A stretch of DNA of 64,000 bases, taken from contig JAZKXT010000011.1 of NCBI GenBank assembly GCA_045611765.1, positions 38,130-102,129 on the forward strand. The letters run 5' to 3'. The notes below the pieces were generated by a model, which saw only the letters and a list, made by a program, of their open reading frames with translations, was not told where the DNA came from and did not search any database. Shown in pieces: positions 39,045 through 49,460 of this stretch (its first letter is position 1; every line of letters starts with the position of its first letter). The DNA is from Clostridia bacterium (lineage in GTDB: Bacteria; Bacillota; Clostridia; TANB77; CAG-465). The translations under genes and the position numbers were made by a program.

Positions 39045-40021
39045 TGAAACAAATTTCTGTTATAATACCTAACTATAATGCTGGGAAATATATACAAAAA
39101 TGTTTAGATTCTTTGCTAGAACAAGAGTATAGTGTTAACGAAATAATAATAGTTGATGATTATTCAACGGATGATTCAAAAGAGATTATAAAAAAATATG
39201 TTGATAAATATAATAAAATTGTTTATTTACAAAATGAAGCTAATAAAGGAGTTTCATTTTCAAGGAATAGAGGTATTGAACATGCAAAATTCGAATATAT
39301 AATGTTTTGCGATTCAGATGATTGGTATGAGAAACATGCTACTAAAATGATGATGGAATATGTGGAAAAATACCAAGCGGATTTTGTGTTTGCGGGACAT
39401 TATATTACAAATGCTAAGGGCGATAAAATAGAGATAAAATATGATAGCTTATTTAAGGATACAGTTATTGACAAAAAGAGTTGTATAGCGTACTTACCAA
39501 TAACATCTAGCGCAAAGTTAATAAAGAAATCTATTTTATTAGAACATAATTTGAAGTATCCAGAAGGAATAAAGAATTGCGAGGAATTACCAGTAATACC
39601 TGTTGCCGCATTTTTTGCAGAAAAAGTAGCGTATATAAATGAGTGTTTGTATAATTATTATCAAAGAGATACATCAGCTTCAAATAGAAGAATTACTGAT
39701 CTGTCATTTTATGATGTAACGTATGATAGATTTTGTGAAAAATTGCCTAGTGATTATATTCAAGACATAAATATTAGAATGGTTGAACATTTATTATATA
39801 GTAAGACATTTAGTTTAATTAAGGAAAACTTCCCCAATAAAATGATTATTGAAAATATAAGAAGATGCAAAAAAGATTTAAACGGACAAAAAAGTAGTAT
39901 AATTTTGCGAGCATTCCCGTTAAGAAAAAGAGTATTTATAAGATGTGCATTATTAGAAATGATATTGCCATTAAAGTTTTATGTAAAATTACAACAAAAA
40001 ATATTGAAGGAGACAAAGTAA
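39044..40021 (+). CDS. GT2 glycosyltransferase
   Basis: SVIIPNYN, DDYSTD, SRNRG, FCDSDD. Confidence 0.92.
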   Translation: MKQISVIIPNYNAGKYIQKCLDSLLEQEYSVNEIIIVDDYSTDDSKEIIKKYVDKYNKIVYLQNEANKGVSFSRNRGIEHAKFEYIMFCDSDDWYEKHATKMMMEYVEKYQADFVFAGHYITNAKGDKIEIKYDSLFKDTVIDKKSCIAYLPITSSAKLIKKSILLEHNLKYPEGIKNCEELPVIPVAAFFAEKVAYINECLYNYYQRDTSASNRRITDLSFYDVTYDRFCEKLPSDYIQDINIRMVEHLLYSKTFSLIKENFPNKMIIENIRRCKKDLNGQKSSIILRAFPLRKRVFIRCALLEMILPLKFYVKLQQKILKETK

Positions 40022-40022
40022 A

Positions 40023-41489
40023 ATGTTATTTAATTCGTATATATTTATTTTTGTACTTTTGCCAATAACCCTTTCGTTATATTTTGGCTTTAACAAATTT
40101 AAGAAATATGAAATAGCTAAATTCGTATTAGTAGTAGCATCTTTATATTTTTATGCTTATTTTAAAATAGATTATTTATATATAATAGTTATAAGCATAC
40201 TAGTAAACTATTTATTTAATAGAATTTTTAGAAAAGTAAGTGACAAAAAATTAAGAGTTGCAACGTTGGTCGGAGGACTAGTTTTCAATTTAGGGATGAT
40301 ATTCTACTACAAATATTATGACTTTATGATAAATATAGTTAATAGTTTGGCTTCAACAAACTTTAATTTTATAAATGTGATGTTACCATTGGGAATTAGT
40401 TTTTTTACATTCCAACAAATGGCATATGTCATAGATTCATATAAAGGTACAGTAAAAGATTACACATTGTTAGATTATTCACTTTTTGTTACATTTTTCC
40501 CACAATTAATAGCGGGACCAATAACTTTATATTCGGAAATGATACCGCAATTTGAGGATGAAAAAAACAAAAAGTTTAATGCTGAAAACTTTAGTAAAGG
40601 GTTAATGGCATTTTCTTTTGGTTTAGCTAAAAAGGTGTTATTAGCAGATACATTTGCTATTGCTGCGAATTATGTGTTTGCAAATGTCAATGATGTAAAT
40701 TCTACCAATTTAATACTAGGAATGTTGTCATATACATTCCAAATATATTTTGATTTTAGTGGATATTGCGATATGGCACTAGGATTAGGATATATGTTTA
40801 ATATCAAATTACCAATCAACTTTAATTCGCCGTACAAATCATATTCTGTTGTTGAGTTTTGGAAGAGATGGCATATGACATTGACTAGGTTCTTTACAAC
40901 GTATATATACATACCGTTGGGCGGAAACAGAAAAGGAAATATAAGAACATATGTGAACATTTTTATAGTATTTTTAGCAAGTGGAATTTGGCATGGAGCC
41001 AATTATACATTTATACTATGGGGAATATTACATGGAATAGCTTCAATATTAAACAGATTATTCAAAAAAGTAATAGAAAGTACAAATCCAGTATTCAATT
41101 GGATAAGTACATTTATATTTATAAATATAACTTGGATTATCTTTAGGGCTGATACCATTTCTGATGCATTTAGTATGATAAAACACATATTAAAGTTGAA
41201 CTTTGGTCCAGTTGCTTCTGAAATATCATCCGCATTTGCTTGGCCGGAATTTACATGGTTTGCAGACATGTTTAACAGGAAGGGCTGGATTGCAGAAAAT
41301 TATAATAATTTATATTTATTACTATTCTTTGTATTTGCTTTTTTTGCAATACTTTGTATGAAAAACACAAGTGAAAGAATAGAAGATTTTAAACCGGATA
41401 TTAAAACAGCGGCTATTTCGGCTATACTTTTAGTGGCCTCAATAGTTTCGTTGTCAGGTGTAAGCACATTCTTGTATTTTAACTTCTAA
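40023..41489 (+). CDS. MBOAT O-acyltransferase (AlgI/DltB-like)
   Basis: PLGISFFTFQ, FPQLIAGPI, YFDFSGY, FWKRWH, SGIWHGA. Confidence 0.93.
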   Translation: MLFNSYIFIFVLLPITLSLYFGFNKFKKYEIAKFVLVVASLYFYAYFKIDYLYIIVISILVNYLFNRIFRKVSDKKLRVATLVGGLVFNLGMIFYYKYYDFMINIVNSLASTNFNFINVMLPLGISFFTFQQMAYVIDSYKGTVKDYTLLDYSLFVTFFPQLIAGPITLYSEMIPQFEDEKNKKFNAENFSKGLMAFSFGLAKKVLLADTFAIAANYVFANVNDVNSTNLILGMLSYTFQIYFDFSGYCDMALGLGYMFNIKLPINFNSPYKSYSVVEFWKRWHMTLTRFFTTYIYIPLGGNRKGNIRTYVNIFIVFLASGIWHGANYTFILWGILHGIASILNRLFKKVIESTNPVFNWISTFIFINITWIIFRADTISDAFSMIKHILKLNFGPVASEISSAFAWPEFTWFADMFNRKGWIAENYNNLYLLLFFVFAFFAILCMKNTSERIEDFKPDIKTAAISAILLVASIVSLSGVSTFLYFNF

Positions 41490-41507
41490 CACATTGGAGA
41501 AAGAAAA

Positions 41508-42560
41508 ATGGGAAATAAAAGATTTATTTTTACTTATTTTACTATTTCAGGATGTTTGATGCTTGTATTTGGCATATGTATGTTTATAATAGACCCATTT
41601 TATCATTATCATAAGCCTATAGAACCAATGAAATTAATACCAGAACTACAAAAACAAGTATACCAAAATGTAGGAATGGCAAGGAACATACAGTATGATG
41701 CGATATTAACGGGTTCATCAATGACAGAAAATTTTAGAGTAAGCCAGTTAAATTTATTGTTTGATTGTAGTACTATAAAATTATCTTTTCCAAGAGGAAG
41801 GATGCATCATTATGATATATTGTTTGAACAAGCATTAAAAAACGAAGAAGTAAATATTAAGAAAGTATTTTATGGATGCGATATATCTGCATACATAGAA
41901 AGTCCAACAGCTCAAATACCAAATGAAATACCTAAATATTTATATGATGAAAATATATTTACAGATGTCAAATATTTGTTAAATAAGACAATAATGTTCG
42001 AAACAGCGTTGCCAAAATTAAAAATGTGTTTGGAGAATAATGTTCCGGATATAGATTATTCATACATGTGGTATATGTTTTATACTTTTAGTAAAACTTC
42101 AACAATGGCTGAATATCAAAGATCGAGGTTAGAGGAAAAAAAAGCTACGAACATATATGAGGCCAATGTAAAATACAATTGTGAAATAATAGGGAAATAT
42201 ATAAGAGAAAATCCAGATGTAGAATTTAATATATTCTTTCCACCATATAGTATTTTATACTATGACGAGTTTAATCAAAAAGGTGAGCTTGAAGCTGTGT
42301 TAACTGCACAAGAAAAGGTTACAGAATATTTTATACAATTCGAAAATGTGAAATTGAGTTCGTTTTTAGCAGATAAAGACATTATCTGCAATTTAGATAA
42401 TTACAAAGACTATACACATTATTCAGAAAAGATAAACGAATATATGGCTGAGAAAATAAAAACAGGAGAAAAACTTTTAAATAAAGAAAATTATAAAGAA
42501 TATTTTGAATCAGTAAGACAACTACTGTATAATTATAATTACAATCAACTATTTGAATAA
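41508..42560 (+). CDS. SGNH-like acetyltransferase partner of the MBOAT, copy 1
   Basis: N-terminal TM, DPF, GSS, DYTH (Ser...D-x-x-H). Confidence 0.7.
   Translation: MGNKRFIFTYFTISGCLMLVFGICMFIIDPFYHYHKPIEPMKLIPELQKQVYQNVGMARNIQYDAILTGSSMTENFRVSQLNLLFDCSTIKLSFPRGRMHHYDILFEQALKNEEVNIKKVFYGCDISAYIESPTAQIPNEIPKYLYDENIFTDVKYLLNKTIMFETALPKLKMCLENNVPDIDYSYMWYMFYTFSKTSTMAEYQRSRLEEKKATNIYEANVKYNCEIIGKYIRENPDVEFNIFFPPYSILYYDEFNQKGELEAVLTAQEKVTEYFIQFENVKLSSFLADKDIICNLDNYKDYTHYSEKINEYMAEKIKTGEKLLNKENYKEYFESVRQLLYNYNYNQLFE
42308..42541 (+). repeat. ~234-bp near-identical repeat with 43381-43614
   Basis: 4 mismatches by manual comparison; offset 1073 bp. Confidence 0.85.
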
Positions 42561-42568
42561 TAGAAGTA

Positions 42569-43633
42569 ATGGAGGAAAAAATGGAAGATAGATATAATAA
42601 ATTTATTGTTATATTCTCTACAGTATCGGTGGTAATGATATTATTGTTTATGTTAGCTATTATAGTAATAGATCCATTTTATCATTATCATGCACCAATT
42701 GAACCGATAAAATTAGTTCAAGAAAAGCAAGCATATCAAAATCTAGGAATTGCCAAGAATTTAAATTATGATGCATTAATGACCGGTTCATCGATGACAG
42801 AAAATTTTAGAGTAAGCCAATTAAATACTTTATTTGCTTGTAATACTGTAAAATTATCTTTCCAAGGCGGAAGAATACCTAATTATGCTTTGCTATTTGA
42901 TGCAGCATTTAAAAACAAAGATATAAAAATAAAGAAAATATTTTATGGATGTGACATATCAGCATATATTGATGATACAAATTCAGAAATACCCAATAAA
43001 ATACCGGAATATTTATACGATGAAAACATATTTACAGATGTAAAATATTTTTTAAACAAAACGGTAATGTTTGATTATGCACTTCCATACTTAAAATACA
43101 GTATACAAAACAATTTGCCCGATATAGATGATGCATATTCTTGGTACCAATTATGTACTTTTGACAGAAGAGAAGCAATGACTCAATATTCACGTCCAAG
43201 TATTGAAGAAAAGAAACCAATTAATATATATGATGATAATGTGAAATATAATTGTGAGACAATAGGAAAATATATAAGAGAAAATGCGGATGTGGAATTC
43301 AATATATTTTTCCCTCCATACAGCATATTATATTATGACTATTTCTATAGGCTTGGAATGCTAGAAGCAGTAATACACTCACAAGAAAAGGTTGCAGAAT
43401 ATTTTATACAATTTGAAAATGTGAAATTGAGTTCGTTTTTAGCAGATAAAGACATTATCTGCAATTTAGATAATTACAAAGACTATACACATTATTCAGA
43501 AAAGATAAACGAATATATAGCTGAGAAAATAAAAACAGGAGAAAAACTTTTAAATAAAGAAAATTATAAAGAATATTTTGAATCAGCAAGACAACTACTG
43601 TATAATTATAATTATGAAGAATTATTTAAATAG
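42569..43633 (+). CDS. SGNH-like acetyltransferase partner of the MBOAT, copy 2
   Basis: Tandem paralog of 41508-42560 with the same motifs. Confidence 0.7.
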   Translation: MEEKMEDRYNKFIVIFSTVSVVMILLFMLAIIVIDPFYHYHAPIEPIKLVQEKQAYQNLGIAKNLNYDALMTGSSMTENFRVSQLNTLFACNTVKLSFQGGRIPNYALLFDAAFKNKDIKIKKIFYGCDISAYIDDTNSEIPNKIPEYLYDENIFTDVKYFLNKTVMFDYALPYLKYSIQNNLPDIDDAYSWYQLCTFDRREAMTQYSRPSIEEKKPINIYDDNVKYNCETIGKYIRENADVEFNIFFPPYSILYYDYFYRLGMLEAVIHSQEKVAEYFIQFENVKLSSFLADKDIICNLDNYKDYTHYSEKINEYIAEKIKTGEKLLNKENYKEYFESARQLLYNYNYEELFK

Positions 43634-46227
43634 TGGAGGAACAAATGCTTAATAAATTTAAAAAAATAAAATTAGAACACATACTAGAGTTGCTTATTAT
43701 TGGCACAGCTTTTATACCGGGAATGATATTAAGGTTAATAAAAAGAGATATATGGATAGTTTCAGAAAATGGTGACGATGCCAAGGACAATGGATATACG
43801 TTCTTTAAGTATGTAATGGATAAAGAAAAAAAACAAGATGTATATTATGTGGTAAAAAGAGACTCAATATATTATGAAAAATTAAAAGAGTATTCAAAGA
43901 ATATTCTTTATCAAAACAGTCTTAAACATAATATATATACAATAGCTGCTACTAAATATATAAGCTCTCAAATAGGTTCGGGATTACCGTTTCCACAGAT
44001 AGTATTTAATTTACAAAAAACATTTATATATAGATTTAAATCGATATTTTTACAACATGGAATAACACAAAATAGAGTACAGTGTTTATTGCCTAATGAG
44101 AGCAAAGTAGATATGTTTTGTTGTGCCGCTAAGGATGAATACAATTTTGTCACAAAAGAACTATGCTATAATGAGGAACAAGTGAAGAAAACAGGCTTTT
44201 GTAGATTTGATTGGCTAAAAGATGAATCAGAAAAATACAACAAAATATTAATGATGTTTACATGGAGAAAACAATTTGAAAATAATGAAGAGGAATTTGT
44301 AAAATCAGACTATTATTTAACAATACAAGGGTTGTTAAATAATGAAAGATTGATAAATTTTTTGGAAAACCAAAAATTAGAATTGTGTGTATGTCTTCAT
44401 GATAATATGATGCAATATAAGGATAAATTTATGCCTTCAAGCAATAGAATAACAATTGTAGATAAAACGCAAAAAAGTATACAAGAACTATTGAGAGAAT
44501 GTAAATATTTAATAACAGATTATTCGAGCATTGCTTTTGATTTTGCATATATGAAAAAACCATTACAATATTTTCAATTTGATTATGAAGAATTTAGAGA
44601 AAAACATTTAAAAGAGGGCTATTGGAAATACGATGATGGATTTGGTAAAGTAACAACTACTGTAGAAGAATGTGTAAACGAATTGATAAAAAGCCACGAA
44701 AACAATTTTGCAGTTGAGCAAAAATATATAGAGAAATCAAAAGATTTTTATATATTTTCAGATGACAAAAGCTCTCAAAGGACATATGAAGAGATTGAGA
44801 ATATGAAGAATGATGGTATTGATACTGATTCGTGGTGGGCGTTAATCGCAATTTGTTTTGCAATAGGTTTTTTTACATCTCAGCTATTTATATTATTACT
44901 ATGTAGCATAGCAGGAATTATACTTAATATATTATATACAAAAAAAGAGTTAAAAGAAAAAATTTACTTTATATTATTTAATATAGTTACTTTTATATTT
45001 CTATTGTCTAAGCCGGCTGTGAGTGTTTTTAATGGAATAAATTGGGCAAATAAATTTCCTGTTGAAACACAAAAAAATGCGTTTTTGCTAATATTTATAT
45101 CAATATTATCTTTATATATAGGGACAAGATTAGCCAAAACAAATAAAGATGAAGAAAATATAAAACAAGTTAAGACTAAAAAAATATTTAAAAGTATAGT
45201 ATTAGTATTATTTGTAATATGTGCGATCTTTTCAACTATTATAGAATATGATAAATTAATATATATGTCAGGTAAAGACTATGTAGATTACTATTTGACA
45301 TATGAAAATATGTTTAATCCTATAATTACATTAATGGCTGGAATGGCAAATGTTTTCTTCTGCATATATTTAGCCTGTATGCCGGAAAAGAAGAAAGTAA
45401 TTTTGCCAATTGGGATATTCTTTTCATATAACTTGCCGACATTTATTATTGGGCAAAGGACTCCGTTAGTTGTTTCAATTTTATTTGTATTGTCATATTT
45501 TATAATTAGGGATTACCTAGATAACACTAAACCTTGGATAGGGAAATATGAAAAAGCGCTAATGCTATTCGCTATACCTTGCGCAATAATAGGTTTAGCC
45601 ATATTTAATTATTCAAGAGTAGATGAAGATTTGCCAACAAGGAATATAGTAGGATTATTTTGCGATTTCTTCTATAATCAAGGGGTAAGCTATGATGTTA
45701 TTAATATAGGATATATGAAAAAAAATGAAATAAAAAATCTTACAAACCATAATTATACTTTTGGACCTTTTATAGATTACTTTAAATATAGCACGATAAC
45801 GCAGGCTTTGTTTAACGTAGAAGATTTACCGGCAGGAAATAATGCTAAGAGAGCTTTAGAGTCAAGCAGTTATTCTCATATATTATCATATTTATCAAGA
45901 GAAGATTATTTGGAAGGCCACGGTTGGGGTTCGTGTTTTATACTAGAGACGTATACGGATTTTGGATATATAGGCGTAATCATATATAGCGTGTTATTGG
46001 GATACTTATTAACAGTAATACCAATTTTGTTGAAAAAAAACACATTCGTATCTTCAATCGTTCTAATAGCAACATTAAATATATTTATAATTCCTAGAGC
46101 TGAAGCATTGCAATTTTTGCAATTTATAATAACTCCACAATTCTGGGGGGCGTGGTTAATATGTATTGTTATATATAATATAACGGGAAGAATTATAGAT
46201 AAACGTGAAACAAGGAGAGGAAAATGA
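43633..46227 (+). CDS. Fusion: TagF-like glycerophosphotransferase plus Wzy-like polymerase
   Basis: N-terminal half DNG, FLQHGIT, GFCRFD, MFTWR, ITDYSS; C-terminal half multi-TM with GQR, NQGVS, GHGWGSCFILETYTDFG. Confidence 0.8.
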   Translation: MEEQMLNKFKKIKLEHILELLIIGTAFIPGMILRLIKRDIWIVSENGDDAKDNGYTFFKYVMDKEKKQDVYYVVKRDSIYYEKLKEYSKNILYQNSLKHNIYTIAATKYISSQIGSGLPFPQIVFNLQKTFIYRFKSIFLQHGITQNRVQCLLPNESKVDMFCCAAKDEYNFVTKELCYNEEQVKKTGFCRFDWLKDESEKYNKILMMFTWRKQFENNEEEFVKSDYYLTIQGLLNNERLINFLENQKLELCVCLHDNMMQYKDKFMPSSNRITIVDKTQKSIQELLRECKYLITDYSSIAFDFAYMKKPLQYFQFDYEEFREKHLKEGYWKYDDGFGKVTTTVEECVNELIKSHENNFAVEQKYIEKSKDFYIFSDDKSSQRTYEEIENMKNDGIDTDSWWALIAICFAIGFFTSQLFILLLCSIAGIILNILYTKKELKEKIYFILFNIVTFIFLLSKPAVSVFNGINWANKFPVETQKNAFLLIFISILSLYIGTRLAKTNKDEENIKQVKTKKIFKSIVLVLFVICAIFSTIIEYDKLIYMSGKDYVDYYLTYENMFNPIITLMAGMANVFFCIYLACMPEKKKVILPIGIFFSYNLPTFIIGQRTPLVVSILFVLSYFIIRDYLDNTKPWIGKYEKALMLFAIPCAIIGLAIFNYSRVDEDLPTRNIVGLFCDFFYNQGVSYDVINIGYMKKNEIKNLTNHNYTFGPFIDYFKYSTITQALFNVEDLPAGNNAKRALESSSYSHILSYLSREDYLEGHGWGSCFILETYTDFGYIGVIIYSVLLGYLLTVIPILLKKNTFVSSIVLIATLNIFIIPRAEALQFLQFIITPQFWGAWLICIVIYNITGRIIDKRETRRGK

Positions 46228-47813
46228 GAGTACTGAAATCAGCAAAAAACATAGTTTTTGCTTTGATGTGCAATTGTGTAAACATAGTATTGGGAATAGT
46301 TATTCAAGCCATATTCTTAAAAACATTAGGTGAAGAATACTTAGGACTCAATACTGTTTTGAGCAGTATACTATCAATGCTATCAATAGCAGAACTAGGA
46401 ATAAGCTCGGCAATAATATACAATTTGTATAAACCCATAGCAGTTGGAGATAAAGAAAGAATAAAATCGTTAATGAGTTTTTACAAACATTGTTATACAA
46501 TAATTATAATGGTTATGATAACAATCGGGCTAGTAATAAGTTCCTTTTTACAAAGTATAGTGGGGGTTACAAATCAAATACAAAATTTATATTTACTTTA
46601 CTTTTTATTTTTGGCGGATATAATTTTTTCATATATAATTGCATATAAAAGATCAATTATATATGCAAATCAAAAAGAATATATAATTAACGCAGTACAT
46701 TTAATTTATTTAGTAGTTATGAATGGTTTGCAAATTGTATTTTTATATACAACTCATAATTATTTGATATTTTTAATTATAAAGTTGGCGTGTAGAATAT
46801 TAGAAAATGTTTTAATCAACCTAATTGCTAATAAAAGGTATCCTTATATAAATGAAAAAGATGTTGCTGAATTAGAGAAAGAGACAAAAGATAGTATTAT
46901 AAAAAATATAAAAGCACTGTTTTTTCATAAAATTGCAGGATTTGTTGTAAACAGTACAGATACTATATTAATATCAGTATTTTTTGATGGATTAACAACA
47001 GTTGCATATTATTCAAATTATAATCTGGTATTAGCAGCAATTACTACAATTTTAAATCAATTCTTATTATCAGCAACTGCAAGTATAGGAGACTTGTTAA
47101 CAGAAAATAATAAAGAAAACAGTTATGCAGTATATAAAAAACTAAACTTCTTAAATTTTGTGCTTTTTATAGTAGGAACAACGGGAATAGTGTGTGTAAT
47201 AGAAGCATTTATAACAATGTTCTTTGGAAAAGAGTACATATTAGGAAAATTTATTCTAATATCATTAATAATAAAATTCTTTATACAAGGAATGAGAAGA
47301 ACACTAATGGCTTTCAAAGAGGCGGCAGGGATATTCTATGTGGATAGGCTTATGCCAATTCTAGAATCTATAGTTAATTTAATAGCATCCATTATATTGT
47401 TAAAACTTTGTGGATTGGCAGGAGTATTTTTGGGAACGGCAATAAGTTCTTTACTACTATTATTGTATAGTTATCCCAAATACGTATATAGGCCGTTATT
47501 TAACAAAACGTGGAAAGATTATTTTAAAGAATTTAGCAAATACATTTTTTATGCTATAATCATAGTTGTAATCACAATGATGATAAACAAACTAATAATA
47601 GTAGAAAACATATTATTGCAAGGTATGCTAAATATAATTGTTGCAACAATAATACCCGTGATTATTATACATATCATATTTGGAAGAACAGAAGAATTTA
47701 AATATTATGTGAATATTATAAAAACACTGTGTTTAAAACTGAATGGTAAAAAAGCAAACAATCAAAATGTTAAGGTGGAGAAAATATGGGAAGAAAAGAA
47801 AACAGAAGAATAA
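46224..47813 (+). CDS. Wzx-type flippase
   Basis: 12-14 TM segments; LSIAELGI, NLYKPIA, NSTD. Confidence 0.85.
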   Translation: MRVLKSAKNIVFALMCNCVNIVLGIVIQAIFLKTLGEEYLGLNTVLSSILSMLSIAELGISSAIIYNLYKPIAVGDKERIKSLMSFYKHCYTIIIMVMITIGLVISSFLQSIVGVTNQIQNLYLLYFLFLADIIFSYIIAYKRSIIYANQKEYIINAVHLIYLVVMNGLQIVFLYTTHNYLIFLIIKLACRILENVLINLIANKRYPYINEKDVAELEKETKDSIIKNIKALFFHKIAGFVVNSTDTILISVFFDGLTTVAYYSNYNLVLAAITTILNQFLLSATASIGDLLTENNKENSYAVYKKLNFLNFVLFIVGTTGIVCVIEAFITMFFGKEYILGKFILISLIIKFFIQGMRRTLMAFKEAAGIFYVDRLMPILESIVNLIASIILLKLCGLAGVFLGTAISSLLLLLYSYPKYVYRPLFNKTWKDYFKEFSKYIFYAIIIVVITMMINKLIIVENILLQGMLNIIVATIIPVIIIHIIFGRTEEFKYYVNIIKTLCLKLNGKKANNQNVKVEKIWEEKKTEE

Positions 47814-49282
47814 GGGAAAATACGGATAAACTAAAAATAAATGTGAAAGGTATATTAGGGGTAATATTTACAGTATTATCCATAGTATTTGCAGTAACGA
47901 CTGTGGTGTTCTTTGTTAAAATAGCAAAATTCAACATGCTACCAACAAAGTATTTAATTTTAGTGGCAATATTAATGGCCTTGTATATGGCAGTAGTTAC
48001 ATTTGTATTATGCAAAAAAAGAGTTAAACTAGTATTTAAAGTTATTTTAACAATTGTTGCTGGAGTGAGCATTTATTTGTATAGCTATGGCATGAATTAT
48101 ATGACGGCGACAGAAACATTTATAGAGGATATGACAACTGAGGTAGAAGAGACAGAGGATTATTATGTTGTTACATTGAAAGATAGTAAATATGCAACTA
48201 TGGAAAAATTGGAAAATATAAATATACATACTTTCATGTCAGGAGAAGATTTTACAGATGTTAAAGATGACGTGCTGGCAAAAACGAATGCATATTTTAA
48301 AGACGATGAAAGTTTAAGTGAACTTGCTACAAATTTATTAAAGAAAAATATATATGCCATACTAGTTAGTAGTTCACAATATGCAATGTTAAAAGACGAA
48401 AACACGGATTTTGAATCTAAAACATCGATAATACACACTTCTACACATACAATAAAGAAAGTAGAAGATATTGTTGAAGAGAATAAACAAGAAAAATATA
48501 CAATAGAGAACGGTTCGTTTAATGTATATATAAGTGGAATAGATACAGCGGGTAGAATATCTAATGTTTCAAGAAGCGATGCAAACATCCTAGCTACAGT
48601 AAATCTAAATACACATAAAGTACTTCTAACATCTATTCCAAGAGACTACTACGTAACATTACACAGTAAAAAGAAGTTAGACAAATTAACTCATTCTGGA
48701 ATATATGGAATTAAAGAAACGTATACAACAATAGAGGATTTACTAGATATAGACATAAATTATTATGTAAGAGTTAATTTTACAACATTAGAAAAGCTAG
48801 TTAACGCTTTAGGTGGAATATATGTAAATTCAGATTACTATTTTACAACTAGCGAAGGTTATGAGTTTTATAAAGGAAGAAACTATTTAAATGGAGCTGA
48901 AGCTTTAGCATTTAGTCGTGAAAGAGATGCTTTTGCTAGTGGAGATAGACAAAGAGGCATAAACCAACAGGCTGTTATAAAAGGAATAATGGATAAAGTA
49001 CTTTCAGCCACTATATTAAAAAAATACACTAGTATATTAAAATCGTTATCTGGAACATTCCAAACAAATATTTCAAACGCTGAAATAAGTAGTGTAGTAA
49101 AAGGACAGTTAGAAAATATGACGGGTTGGGATATAGAAAGCAATTCGTTAGACGGCAAAGGAAGCTATGGAAAAACATATTCGGGAGGTTCAACGCAACT
49201 TTATGTCATGGTCCCAAATGAAACATCTGTAGTAAATGCAATGAAAAAAATAAATCAAGTACTGGAAGAAAAAAATTCATAG
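47786..49282 (+). CDS. LCP (LytR-CpsA-Psr) family protein, CpsA-like
   Basis: 3 TM segments; SGID, RSDAN, SIPRD, RVNF, FSRER, GDRQR. Confidence 0.92.
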   Translation: MGRKENRRIRENTDKLKINVKGILGVIFTVLSIVFAVTTVVFFVKIAKFNMLPTKYLILVAILMALYMAVVTFVLCKKRVKLVFKVILTIVAGVSIYLYSYGMNYMTATETFIEDMTTEVEETEDYYVVTLKDSKYATMEKLENINIHTFMSGEDFTDVKDDVLAKTNAYFKDDESLSELATNLLKKNIYAILVSSSQYAMLKDENTDFESKTSIIHTSTHTIKKVEDIVEENKQEKYTIENGSFNVYISGIDTAGRISNVSRSDANILATVNLNTHKVLLTSIPRDYYVTLHSKKKLDKLTHSGIYGIKETYTTIEDLLDIDINYYVRVNFTTLEKLVNALGGIYVNSDYYFTTSEGYEFYKGRNYLNGAEALAFSRERDAFASGDRQRGINQQAVIKGIMDKVLSATILKKYTSILKSLSGTFQTNISNAEISSVVKGQLENMTGWDIESNSLDGKGSYGKTYSGGSTQLYVMVPNETSVVNAMKKINQVLEEKNS

Positions 49283-49306
49283 GTAAATAAAACATTAACA
49301 AATATT

Positions 49307-49339
49307 AACAAGCTTCACATATAATGTGGAGCTTGTTTT
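49307..49339 (+). terminator. Terminator of the polysaccharide operon
   Basis: aacaagcttcacat-ata-atgtggagcttgtt followed by tt. Confidence 0.8.
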
Positions 49340-49460
49340 CTGGTAGAACAAAATATAAAAACAATAAAGTAATAATCGCAAAAAAAGTATAATAATTTTT
49401 AATTATATATAGCCAATAAAATTTATTTGTGATAATATATTAATGTAATGTACGAGGGGG

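Noticed and set aside
49361-49373. 13-bp repeat acaataaagtaat, also at 51294-51306
   Set aside because: Short and AT-rich; expected by chance in this composition.
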